Of a stretch of DNA of 64,000 nt, positions 12,093 to 23,727 are shown one piece after another. The position numbers were made by a program, and so were the translations under genes. Source of the DNA: Fistulifera solaris (Eukaryota); NCBI GenBank assembly GCA_030295235.1, contig AP026158.1:248001-312000 (forward strand), given 5' to 3'. Within the stretch, counting starts at the first letter, position 1; every line of letters starts with the position of its first letter. The notes below the pieces were generated by a model that searched no databases, had not been told where the DNA came from, and was given only the letters and a program-made list of their open reading frames with translations.

Positions 12093-13250
12093 TTATTCTT
12101 TGTCCAAGTTAATAGTGGACTGATCGAGCTTGCTCTTCAAATAGTAAACATAACCCGAAAGAGCAACAAAAGCGATAGAAAGGACGGAAATTGTCGCTTG
12201 GGCGGATTGGTTGGCCTTTTCACTTGCTGTCATCACTGTACCATTCGATCGGACGGCCTTAATGCCCTGAATGTAATTGCATGCATTATTGTTGTTTTTG
12301 TAGGTGGTTCCATAAGGCAAACTGCTTTCGCATTTTCCAGCACGGTTATACAACCCTTCACAGACTTGGAGCACCTCGTCTTCGTCAGCTATATCTGCTG
12401 CATAGTAGGCGTAGGCATCCTGATTGTACCAATCCTGTCCTCCCTCCTTGCAGGACAAGCAATCACTAGCAATGATACTGCTGGATCCGTAAGGAAGAGT
12501 CTCACCAGTCATAGTTAAGTAGGTATCACGTCCCCCGTTCGAGTCAGCAAAGGTAGTGCAGGAATCATCAATGAAAACGCCAAGGTAGACAGCTCCGCCT
12601 TGGGTCGCGCAGTAGGGTCCAATGTAATATTGCTGATTAGCATTGTTCTGGGCATCTTGAGCATCCTGGTTGTTATTGTTGTTTTGAAGCTGTCTACGGA
12701 AGCCGGCCCTGGCACATTGCATGTAGGTCGTAACGGTTGCAAAATCTTCATAAGTTTGGGCTTGGTTTTCGTTGCCTTCGCCATACCGGTATGCTCCTCC
12801 GTTGTTGTAGGCTTCTTGCCTTGCCTCAATGTAGGCTTGCAAGAACGAGTTCAAATCGATCACATAATCACCATATCCCCCCGAGCATCCATTGGAGTCA
12901 CTGCCGCTGCAAGAACCGGACGGGCAAAGACGAAAGCGGGCGAGCCGCTTGTTCAATATACGAACATCTTGTTCGTCATTCGCCTCGTTGTTCCATTGAC
13001 TAACATGATGACAGCCTTGAAACTTAATCGAATAACCAGCGACCCAAGCATGAGAAAACGCATTATCCCAGTCGTACAACTGAGAATAGTATTCTTGACC
13101 ATTCTGTTCCAAACGACGAGCCATACTCATAACTTTACGGCCCAAGTCCGAATCTGCCTGAATCTCGGAAATCATGACATGCTCTTTTTGTTGCGATGAA
13201 GCCGCGACAGCGGTCGCGAAGAATGAAAGGACTGCTGTAAATAATTTCAT
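12093..13250 (-). CDS. Silicanin-1 (Sin1) family membrane protein, paralog B
   Basis: Signal peptide, ARRL, WVAGYSIKFQGCHHVSQWN, KRLARFRLCP, YGDYVID, N/Q-rich loop, YYIGPYC, TM helix and YVYYLKSKL tail. Confidence 0.88.
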   Translation of the reverse strand: MKLFTAVLSFFATAVAASSQQKEHVMISEIQADSDLGRKVMSMARRLEQNGQEYYSQLYDWDNAFSHAWVAGYSIKFQGCHHVSQWNNEANDEQDVRILNKRLARFRLCPSGSCSGSDSNGCSGGYGDYVIDLNSFLQAYIEARQEAYNNGGAYRYGEGNENQAQTYEDFATVTTYMQCARAGFRRQLQNNNNNQDAQDAQNNANQQYYIGPYCATQGGAVYLGVFIDDSCTTFADSNGGRDTYLTMTGETLPYGSSSIIASDCLSCKEGGQDWYNQDAYAYYAADIADEDEVLQVCEGLYNRAGKCESSLPYGTTYKNNNNACNYIQGIKAVRSNGTVMTASEKANQSAQATISVLSIAFVALSGYVYYLKSKLDQSTINLDKE

Positions 13251-14227
13251 CCTTACGACCTATAGAACTTGGTTCAACTACATTCGTAACAAAAAGAAGC
13301 GATGTATTTTGAGAACACGGAACTCTGCAAGCAAAATAGGATCACATTTTCTTTCTCTCTCTGCGTCTCCCTCTGATCCACAAATGGTTCTCGCGGCCCT
13401 GGTCGAATCGTAAAGGCGTCTCCTCATTGCTGGCAAATCCATGTTGGTATACATAAAGAGCTTGCCAATTCTTCATTCTCACGTACCTTGGAGGTCACTG
13501 CTTGTTAAACACTGTACCTTTTCTTGTTGTTTGTGTTTGCCTCCAAATGGTGGCCGATGGTTCACAAAATCTGAGGAGTTGAAGATCAGCGACACTTTTA
13601 TTTAGAAAATGGCGATAATGTCGTATCATAAGTAACCAAGTATGTTTAGGGCTCACCACTGCTGTATCCTTATAAAGAAAACAACATAATGACGCTTGAC
13701 CTTATGTAAGTGAGTTCCGTTGATCTAAGCATTGGGGTGGCACTTTATGAATCACACTGGACTCAGAATGCAACGGTCCTCTCCTAGTACCGACACTACT
13801 AACTACTGCGGAGTAGTGAATATCAGAACCCAATCGATACTCGGTAAAGCCCAATAAACAGGAGTACCGATCGTTAACCGTTGAAAACGATTCTGTATAG
13901 TGAAGTTCTCTGCCGATTTCTTTCGAGTGGACGGTAATTCGACGACTTCAAAATCGGCGACTGCACCATTGCCTATCGACTTTTGGCATTATTGTGAACA
14001 ATAATTTTTAATAGAAGCGAAAGATTAGAAATTGGAAACCATTGTTCGTTATAGCATCATTCACTCGACGCTGTAAGTGAGGAGATTGTTTTGCTGGAAA
14101 TAGTAACTACAGTATTAGCAATTGACACCATAAATTCCGACAACTTGCAATCGTCCCTCATTCCCGACAATACGTAATTTTCTCACTTTTTGCACTCACA
14201 GAACAACAATACATCAATTTGTTTATC

Positions 14228-15448
14228 ATGAAATTGATAAGTGCTATTTCTCTCTTGCTTACATCTGTCGTAACTGCGGATAAAGCAGCCTACTTGGATA
14301 CCTTGATGCAGAACGCCGTTCCGACCGGAAAGAACCGTTTCCTTGAACAGCAACAAGTCGACAATTATCAAGTCAATATCGCAGCGTACAGTGTTCGATT
14401 CGAACAATGTCAATTCGTCAAAGCATTTGATGAAGAATTGGCCCAAAGTGACGAATCGTCGACCGTTCTGTCCACAAAGCGGTTTGTTTTGTTCCGCCTT
14501 TGCCCGAGCGGTTGCAGTAACTGCAACTACAATTACGGTGAATATCTGGTAGACCTGGAGACGTACTTGGAAGCTACTGTACAGTACTTTCAAAACTACT
14601 ACGATCAAATGTGTCAGGCTTGTTATGAATGCTCCAATAATGCCGCGGATGATCAGGCACAAGATGGACAACAGGGCAACAATCGATACCTCCGCTTTCT
14701 GCAGAGTTACGGTGAAAGTGTGAACTGCTATTCTTGTGCCGAAGAGTGTCAAAAGATTGAAAATATGGAAGCCAAAGGTTATATCGATGCCACCGAGTTT
14801 GTGAGTTGCAAACTCATTTATGGTCCACAAGACGACAACCGACAGCCGTTGTACGCTGGACCTGTTTGCGCCAGCAACGGATCCAAAATTAATATTGGTG
14901 TCTTTACCGACGAAAACTGTTTGATTGCCGATACCACAAAAGATGTCAATGATTATCTTTCTGGCGAGAACGGCCAAATGCGTCTCGGTCATTCTTTATT
15001 GAAAAACACCTACACCAATACTTGCATTTCGTGCAAAGAACCAGCCGATCAAAACAAAAACAACCAAGGCAATGACAACAGCGATAGTGATACCGTATCG
15101 GAAATGTGCGAGACTCTCTACAGTGCATCGGCCAAGTGCGAAAAGAAGCACGGTTTCGCCGACGGCTACGGTAGTTACAACGGATACGAAAATCAACTAA
15201 CCCAAGAAGACAGTGTCTGCAGTTTCATGCAATCGTTGAAATCGGGAACGTACTCGGAAGAAGGTGACATTATGGTGTCGGGGGCGAGTCATGTCGCGGG
15301 CAGTGATTCCACGACCGGAGGTCAAAAGTTCGCTTTGACCTTTTTCATTCTCGGCACTGTCGGTTTGGCCGTGTATGCGGCCATGTTACATTCGAAACTG
15401 GTTCATGGAAAGACGGAAGTCACCAGCCGTGTGGGTGCGTTTGCCTAA
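14228..15448 (+). CDS. Silicanin family membrane protein, paralog C (divergent)
   Basis: Signal peptide, RFL motif, YSVRFEQCQFVK, KRFVLFRLCP, YGEYLVDL, LYAGPVC, C-terminal TM helix. Confidence 0.82.
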   Translation: MKLISAISLLLTSVVTADKAAYLDTLMQNAVPTGKNRFLEQQQVDNYQVNIAAYSVRFEQCQFVKAFDEELAQSDESSTVLSTKRFVLFRLCPSGCSNCNYNYGEYLVDLETYLEATVQYFQNYYDQMCQACYECSNNAADDQAQDGQQGNNRYLRFLQSYGESVNCYSCAEECQKIENMEAKGYIDATEFVSCKLIYGPQDDNRQPLYAGPVCASNGSKINIGVFTDENCLIADTTKDVNDYLSGENGQMRLGHSLLKNTYTNTCISCKEPADQNKNNQGNDNSDSDTVSEMCETLYSASAKCEKKHGFADGYGSYNGYENQLTQEDSVCSFMQSLKSGTYSEEGDIMVSGASHVAGSDSTTGGQKFALTFFILGTVGLAVYAAMLHSKLVHGKTEVTSRVGAFA

Positions 15449-15873
15449 GGGACGTTGCTTCGGTGGTGGACGTGCATGAAAAATCCAATGTTAGTATAGT
15501 ATTTACTTTAAAATTCTTCATTTTTTCATTATTGGACGCCAGCAGTGGCAGATTCGCTTTTTGTGTGAAGAGAATTAGTTGTTCGGACCAAATAAAATTC
15601 ATGTGAAAAAACACACCAGTATACCTAGTAGGCCTGCCTGCCTCCTCCAGAGTGCAAATACTTGTACTGTACAAGTACCGAGACAGGTACGGTACCGGTA
15701 CCTGTGCTACTGACGAGTGACGGACGAGTGACGTATTTTGAAAACCCGTGCCCGTGCTCGTGCACTTGCAAATAACAAGTTCAACGGTATTTATTTCTCA
15801 TTGCCCTCTGCAACAAGCAACATACCAGCCCCATATTATTATTTTTAAATCTTTTTCTCGTGTCACTCGAACC

Positions 15874-16725
15874 ATGCTATCTTCTATTACTCGCCGGTTC
15901 ACTCTCACTAGTAGTACTACAACTCGAACATTCGCTCGTGCCTTGGCGACGGGTCCAGCACAAGGCGGACACATTTCCGACGAAATGCTCGCCAAGTTGG
16001 GAAGCTTGTCGACCCAAGCTTTGGTAGATGGATTGTGGGTTATGGGTTGGCCGAGCGCCCAAATTGATGGGGCTCGTCCGTTGGCTCCGGGAATGAAATG
16101 TGTCGGTCGAGCCGTCACTCTCAAATTTGTTCCGGCCCGTCCGGACATTGCCCAAGACAAACCGGCGGGCGGAGAATCACCCGAATATGAAGCCTTCGAG
16201 AAATGTGGCCCGAATGAAGTCCTCGTTATGTCATCTGTCGGACCATGGGAAAGTGTCGGTGGTGACATCAAGTTTTTGCGCTTGAAGCAACGCGCGATCG
16301 GTGGTCTCGTGACGGATGGTTCCGTCCGTGACACGGACCAAATTATCAATTACGGTTTCCCCTGCTTCAGTTACAGCACCACGGCTCGTCAGGGACCAGC
16401 CGCGATGCAACCCTGGGAATGCAATGGTGTCATTAGTGTCAGTGGTGTCACGGTTCGACCCGGCGATGCCATTGTTGGTGATCAAGATGGTGTCGTGGTG
16501 GTGCCCGCCAAAGTGGCCGACAAGGTATACAGCATCGCACACGGACGTGAGCAGATTGAAGAAATTGTCAAGGAAGAATTGACCAAGAACCCTGGTCCAC
16601 CGGGTAAATTCTATCCTTTCATGAGCGGCAAGATTAAAGTTGATTCGCCGTTGGGAAAACTGTTGGCTTCCAAGGGAATCACCCCGGAGAACTCGAACCA
16701 GTTTGAAGGATCTGCCGATTGGTAA
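15874..16725 (+). CDS. RraA / HMG(4-hydroxy-4-methyl-2-oxoglutarate) aldolase family protein, predicted mitochondrial presequence
   Basis: VGRAVT, GLVTDGSVRD and VRPGDAIVGDQDGVVVVP motifs; R/S/T-rich acid-free N-terminus. Confidence 0.85.
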   Translation: MLSSITRRFTLTSSTTTRTFARALATGPAQGGHISDEMLAKLGSLSTQALVDGLWVMGWPSAQIDGARPLAPGMKCVGRAVTLKFVPARPDIAQDKPAGGESPEYEAFEKCGPNEVLVMSSVGPWESVGGDIKFLRLKQRAIGGLVTDGSVRDTDQIINYGFPCFSYSTTARQGPAAMQPWECNGVISVSGVTVRPGDAIVGDQDGVVVVPAKVADKVYSIAHGREQIEEIVKEELTKNPGPPGKFYPFMSGKIKVDSPLGKLLASKGITPENSNQFEGSADW

Positions 16726-16822
16726 ATTTAGCACTAATACTAAACTTATCATCTATAAAAGCGGAATATACAATACAAAAAGTGAATTTGCATGATTAAT
16801 ACGATTCGTCTTGTCTTTCCTT

Positions 16823-17796
16823 TTACTGATAAAGACGAATCAATTCATCCGACACGGCACTCGGTGTCAGAACCCCCAAATCGGTAAAAAGCAGTGAAAT
16901 ATACTTGGCCGGTGTAAAATCCGAAGAAGGATTGTCGGCGGTGATTTTCTCGTCCCATGAAATGGTTTGCATGGTCGTCGTATCGACGCATTGCACCGTC
17001 TGATGATTGACAGGGACATCACTTTGATGCAGTGGATACAACCGCGCAAATTTGTACGACTCGGCGGCCACATAAAAAGGTTTTCCACTCGCTTTCGCAC
17101 ACATGGCCATGGTCGCGGTCCCCAACTTGTTGACGACACCGCCATTTTCCAAAACGCCTTCGGCACCCACCAAAACTAAGTCTACCTTTTCCATATAGTA
17201 TGCTACAGCCGAATCGAGTATCACTTTGACCGGAATGTTACTTTCCCGCGCATAACAAGCGGCCGCTTTGGCGCCGCTGGCATCCGGTCGTCCTTCACAA
17301 ACGATCAAATCAAGGGATGCTTCGCTTCGCGCAAAATAGCCGCCACGACGCGTGACCATCCGGTCGTCAGAACGGTGGCCCCCGCCGGTATGAAATCGGC
17401 CGCCGCCCGAGCAATCCGATCGCGGGCTGCCAACGAAATCATTTGAAAACGTTCTCCCCGTTCTAATATTTGTTTCTTACATTCCGAAAAGTTGGGCAAT
17501 TCGAGAAAGGTTCGTGTTGAATAGCGCAAAAACAATTCACAACCTGATCGGACGGCAATGACTTGCGGATGATTCTGGATCATGCAGTCGGCTGCCTGTT
17601 TTAAATCATCCTGAAGACCCATCATCGTTTCGGCCTGCGATCGTTCGACGACACCCAGTAATGCAGAAATGGCAGCGACGGGGACCGCCATGGCGGATGT
17701 ATCAAAGAGCGACGGAGGATCTTGTTGCTTGTTTGCCAGAAAGCGACGCAAATCTTGCAGTACTAAAGGATCCTCGGGTGTTTCTTGTTGTGTCAT
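16823..17796 (-). CDS. EIF2B1: Translation initiation factor eIF2B alpha subunit; frameshift near 17330
   Basis: CEGRP, LVGAEGVLENGGVVNKLGT, AAESYKFARLYPL, TDLGVLTPSAVSDELIRLY. Confidence 0.92.
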
Positions 17797-18433
17797 TTGT
17801 TTCTTTGTAAAATTGAAAAAAGGCAATAGTAATTTCGTTTTAGACTACCAACATACAAAGTATGTAAGTATTGATTTGTTTTGATTGATAACAAAGGTAC
17901 CGGTACTTGGTGTTACCAGTATGGTTGTTTTACTTGTATCGCGGCTCCATGAGAGGTGTCCCATCTCCCATCGATCGCATCGCGATTGTGTCGTCCTTGC
18001 GCCGTCTGTTTTTTGTGTGTCCGATCACAAGCGGAACCCTAAAAACCGGTGAGATTTTAGTTGTGAAACTATTTATTTGATTGGCCATGTTTTTCGCAAA
18101 ACAAAAAAAAGATGCCATGCAACAATACCAGTAACATTCGTTGATGTGATGAACCGTTCTGTTGTACCCTGGTACTTCGATAGAACGAACGAATCATCCA
18201 GCAAGTCTTGTTTTGTCTATCATCACAGTTCATCACGACAACGATCCCATTTCGCCGGATAAACTATCGTCTACAATGTAAAAGAAAGAATGTGTGTTTC
18301 AACGATCGGCGAAGGGATGACATGGACAAAATCCAATGTTTTTTTCTTTCCAGCCGTTTTTTTTCGAACATTGAAATGGAGCTCACAAATTTGAAATATT
18401 GTTTCTGATCGAGGCATTTCACTACTTGGTAAA

Positions 18434-19611
18434 ATGAAACTCTTTTTCGCGTACACTCTTCTCGCCGCTTCGATGATGAGTCGTCCCAACGAAGCTCATG
18501 TGCTCCGTGGACTAGAACATCGTCATTTGGAAAAGGAGGAAACGGTTGATCATCATCCCATGATTTGTGGTACTCGCGACCCTACCAAACAAGACATTCA
18601 ACAGATGGTGTATGTTATGGAGACCTTTGGGAATTCCACTCGCCGTCATCTTGCCAACGACAACGACGACGACGACGACGAGATCATTACGATTGATACC
18701 GTCTTTCATGTCATTAAGAACTCGAACGGCGATGGACCCACGCTGGAAATGATTCAGCGTCAAATCGATGTCATCAATCACGACTACGCTCCGCACTTTC
18801 AGTTCAATGTCACGGTCCAAGAAGTCATCAATGACCGTTGGTTCCGTCTCCGATTCAACCGCGCGAATGAATACGAAATGAAAATGAATCTTCGTCAGGG
18901 GGGAGCCGAGACTCTCAATGTGTACATTGCGCGGGCCAATGGGTTGGGTTGGGCGACCTTTCCTTCGGACTATCAGTCCTTTCCAGAAATGGATGGTGTG
19001 GTGGTGCAAGATTTGACTTTGCCCGGAGGATCGGCGCCGCTCGGCTTTGATATGGGTGGCACACTCACTCACGAAATTGGTCACGCCCTCGGTTTGTATC
19101 ATACCTTTCATGTGAGTCATTCTTTGATTGGTCATCTAATTGCTCAACGACAGTCACTCACTTGAACGTCTGTCTTCAGGGTGGTTGCAATGGTGGTGGA
19201 ATTTATGCCAACAACGATAAAGTCTCCGACGTCGCGGCCGAAGAGTCACCGGCCTTTGGTTGTCCCATCGGTCGCAACACGTGCCCCGGACAAGGTGCCG
19301 ATCCGATCCATAATCCGTAAGTCGTTCAATTTTTGTTTGGTTTTGTATGGATGCCATCGATTCACTCACTCTTTTTCTGCAGCATGGATTACACGGCGGA
19401 CTCGTGCAAAGTCGGCTTCACTCCGGGTCAATTCAAGCGCATGCGCAACCATTGGCACGCGTTCCGCGCGGGGAATACGGCTAAAAGCCAATCATTGGGC
19501 TATCCTTGCACGCAACAAGGTTTGGAAAGCAAGAGTTGCCGAGCCGTGGAGGGTCTCGAAGGCTTTGGTTTGAAGTGCTGCGGTGGGGTTTGCAAGTTTT
19601 GTGCCTTGTAA
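18434..19611 (+). CDS. Secreted M43 (pappalysin/ulilysin-like) zinc metalloprotease; introns 19112-19179 and 19317-19382
   Basis: Signal peptide, Cys-switch [26 protein letters not shown] Met-turn, FTPGQ. Confidence 0.9.
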
Positions 19612-20406
19612 GATTCTTAGAGAAGTTTTTTCTTCAACATATCGTGGATTCAAAATAACGAATGATTAATGAAATTAAGGACAACAACATGTTGTCCCGT
19701 TTGTTCAATTCTAGAAAGCTCTCCCTAGCTAGCCCCAGAAATCTGTCTACCCTGAATTGAATCGATGTATGTTCTTCGTTTTCTCCCTAAATCGGTCATT
19801 GTGCCGTCTTTAATACAATGTACAAAAGAGACATTTAACTTCGACCATAGTTCTACTTTTTTAGTACTTTGTCACTCACATCGAAAAATCAGAACTTTAC
19901 CTTGTGTGGTGTATGTTTTGCGAAACCGAAAAACGAGACCCGTTTCGTTTTACGGCTTTCTGGAGAATGTTCTTTGTTTCTTCCAAATGAACTCTATTTC
20001 CTATATTCCGTGAAGAAGCCTTTCTAAAGTTTCCGACCAAAAAAATAACTATCAGTAAAACAGCACTATTCGTACGAGGTACGAGGTATGCTTTTTCGAG
20101 CAGATGTACACGCTGACGATATTTCGGAGAAAAATGCACAGCCACCGGTCACCAACGACAACGACGCGTGTAGTGTAGCAGGTACGGTCATCCGCCAGGT
20201 CATCGAGAGGTGACAGGAGCCATGGAGCCTTTAAGCTCGCTGGAAGCCCTCCGCCAAAGTGCAGCGGAGCATCAAAGAAGTCCTAGCGATCAAAAAAAGA
20301 TTAGCGGTTGGTCGAAAGCTCGGCAGTAGACTTACAATAGAAACATTTTCACAGCTCAACAATTCAGAAAGCGCTTCCGACGCAGCGAGAATACAAATAG
20401 AAAATC

Positions 20407-23291
20407 ATGCCGAATAGCGATGAGAACAACGACAGTTGTGAGTCAACCGAAGAGTTGGAAGAACGAACACGAACTGTCCTTGATTACAGTTCCAGTATTG
20501 ATTTAAAGGAGGCTTTGTCGGAAGCTTTTGCAGGAAAGAAGAAGGATGTTGTGTTACCCAATCCAGCGAGTGAATCTGCACCGGAATCGAGAATGAATGC
20601 TGTGCACGTGGGGTGTTTTGGAGGTGTTGGATGCTCACCAAATGCCGTATCAAACATTCATGACGTACGTAAAACGAAGCTTTGTTGCCAATTGCAATAT
20701 TTTCTCTCTCTGTTTTTTCGTACTAACCGATCTTATTGGTTATTCTGTGCACATTAGACTGCATTTGACTGGGTGCTTACGAATTATGATGAAACGACGA
20801 CCGAGGCGCAGTCTATGGAAGAAGAAATGCATCGTTTGCTCGTTTTGAAATCATACTTGATCTTGGATTCGGATCGCGAGGAGGCGTTTGAACGATTGAC
20901 TGGATTGGGTTCGCGTATTTTTGACGTGCCGATCTGCCTAGTCTCTTTAGTAGATTTGGGAAGGCAGTGGTTCATGTCCAACAAAGGACTTGGTGTTTGT
21001 CGTCAAACCAACCGGAGAGTAGCCTTTTGTGCGCATGCGATCCAACTTAAGCCGGGCTTAAAGACTCTAGTTGTCCCAGATGCTAGAGATGATTTCAGAT
21101 TTCGTGACAGTCCTTTGGTGCTCGGTCCCCCATTCATTCGGTTTTATGCAGGAGCACCTCTAATATCTCCTGAAGGTTACAAGGTACGAAAATGAAAATG
21201 CAATCTATTCTGACTTGGTTTCTGGTTTTATCTACTGACAAATATGCTGTTGTGCTCTGGCTTTGTTACTGGTGATAGCTTGGAACTTTTTGTATCATCA
21301 GCCCCGAGCCTCGACCACAAGGATTATCGGAAGAGGAACAAGATAGTCTTATCGATTTGGCCAATCTTACAGTAAAGACAATGGTGGACCGTCGCATACA
21401 ATTGGAAAGTCGTGAAGACCCTGCTCGTTTGATTGCATACACGTCACACGACTTGATGACGCCGTTGAGCGGCGTTCAGTTAGCATTATCTCTGCTATCT
21501 GAAGACGACGATGTCTTGTCGAAGCTAGACGCTCATCAAAACGAGCTGCTTTCCACTGCCGCAAATTGTTCGGACATTATGATTCGGATATGTAAGAGTT
21601 CGATTGAAAGTCTTCGTCACAGCAATTCTAACTCGAAGCGGAACTTACTTGGGAAGGAGAATGATGGCGGAAAGGAAAAGATTACCAAAATTGTGGAGCT
21701 GGTCAAGTCTTTACAAGTCATTGCGGAACCCATTCCGAAACGAGCACCTCTTGTTATTACACTCTGTCCAAATGTACCGCATCGGCTGGTGTCGGATGAT
21801 CTAAAAATTTTTCGATCAGTTTTGAATCTCGTCAAGGATGCCATACTCCGCACTGAAGCTGGAAAAGTGCATTTAACGATTTTTAAAGAAGAACAGGACG
21901 AAACAGAAGTCGCGGATGGCGCGGAAGCGAAGAAATATGTAAAATTTGAATGCGAAGACACTGGGCCCGACGTGTCCATTGGTGAAGCTCCATTTCTTTT
22001 CGAGTCCAATGTCGAAAATTCACAAACTCGACTCGGACTTCATTCTATTGCCAACCTTATCAAATCTCTGGATGGAACGTATGGTTATCGAAAACGAGGA
22101 CAAAATTTACAAGGATCAATATTTTGGTTCTCTATACCACTCATTGTGACTGGTATTCAAGGTGACGAATCGGTCCATAGTTTCTCCTTCAGCATGAACA
22201 GCAACTCGAATCTTCATAGTATTCAAAGAAGAAGCACTGCTAACGGTACCGCAACTCCTGCAGAAACAACTAGTTTTGGTCGTTGTCCATCTGCTGGATC
22301 GCTTAATTCGCTATCTTCACAGGAGGAGGAAGGCCAATATCGAATCAAACGTGCTTTGATTATTGACGACTCGGTAATCGTACGGAAGACGATTGATCGT
22401 GCCTTGACAAAACTTGGATTTGTGGTCGAACAAGCAGAAGACGGATCCGTGGGATTGAATGCTATGAAGCAAACAATGTTTGACATGGTTCTTTGTGACT
22501 TTTTGATGCCGGTTATGGATGGCCTAGATTGCGTGAAGCAATATCGTGAATGGGAAAAAGAGCATCGCCCAACATTTCGACAGTATATCGTCGGTATCTC
22601 TGCCCATATTGGCGTCCAGGAAAGTGGGCAAGGCCTAGAGGCTGGCATGAATGTCTTTCGACCAAAGCCGATCAGTATGAGAAACCTGACAGAGTTGCAA
22701 GAATCAAAGCCGGTTCAACGGATTGTGAAGCAGTTGGACAGATTAGCAAGTAGCTCATCACCCGAGCGATGCGATCCGCTTTCATCTTGCAAGGCTGATG
22801 AAACATGCTCGCTACCATCATCACCTCCTGGAGAGGTCTTAGCGTTGAAGCGACGTTTAGAAAGTATGGTTGTAACTACTCGGGTGGAAAATCGATATGC
22901 ACTTGTGTTGAGTGAAGAAAGCAACTCATGTCTCGACAAGATGAAAGTAGACGGGTGGCATGTCATTCTTTCACAGAGTTCTGCGGATTTTGAAGGCCAT
23001 ATACGAAAGCGAAACTGGGATTTGGTTCTAGTCGACGAGGAAATACCATTCCTTTCTGCGCCGCGCTTGATATCCGATTTTCGAGAATGGGAAGCCGCCA
23101 ACCGTGTGAATGAACAGAAAAACGTGTTTTTTGTATCAGGGAGCGACATACCTCGTCCCTCGGATAAACACTCTATCGTTCGACCGCCTTCGGGTTTCAA
23201 CGGTGTTCTTCGAAAGCCAATCGAATGGGAGGATATTGATCACTTGCTCAATCGCAACAAGAATTTCTTGAACATTTTGGTGCCGAAGTAA
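20407..23291 (+). CDS. GAF-sensor hybrid histidine kinase with two receiver domains; introns 20665-20757 and 21184-21278
   Basis: GAF (FCAHAI, IRFYAGAPL, LGTFCI), H-box SHDLMTPL, DTG and GSIFWFSIP, REC1 (IIDDS, CDFLMPVMDG, KP), degenerate REC2. May start at ATG 20222 if upstream frameshifts are errors. Confidence 0.88.
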
Positions 23292-23527
23292 ACACCGCAA
23301 CTCTTACAGCTCTATTTCAGTGAATAATTCATCTAAATACATACATTAGCAAGCTATCTGCGAGAGTCATTTAATTTACAACCACGGAGTAATTATTTAG
23401 AAACCGTACCTGTGGTGTAGAAACAGATGGCCTTTTTCGGGAGGGTACTTGTACTTGTATTTGATTCTAGAAAGCATACTTTCAATAATTCCTTTGTGAA
23501 TCTCAGATTTCCCATGGTTTGGCAGGA

Positions 23528-23600
23528 GGGGGTTTAGCTCAGTTGGTAGAGCGTGTGCTTAGCATGCACAAGGTCGCCGGTTCGATTCCGGCATCCTCCA
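23528..23600 (+). tRNA. tRNA-Ala (anticodon AGC)
   Basis: 73-nt cloverleaf: anticodon stem TGTGC/GCACA around TTAGCAT, TTCGATT T-loop, G3:U70 alanine identity pair; T-run at 23621-23625. Confidence 0.97.
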
Positions 23601-23727
23601 ACCTTTGCGCTGTCTGCTTATTTTTCATCAAGAACAACCATGACAATTATTTGGGTCGACGACAACTAGCATCAAAGTTAGAGACGAAAGAAGCTAGAGA
23701 AGTATTTCACTTGCTTCTCGCGGGTCC

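Noticed and set aside
14183..14992. Long antisense ORFs over silicanin, thrC, RraA and other genes
   Set aside because: Shadow frames of codon-biased sense genes with no recognisable motifs.
23533..23594. U6:U67 mismatch in the tRNA-Ala acceptor stem
   Set aside because: A mismatch at this position is known in eukaryotic tRNA-Ala(AGC); it does not indicate a pseudogene.
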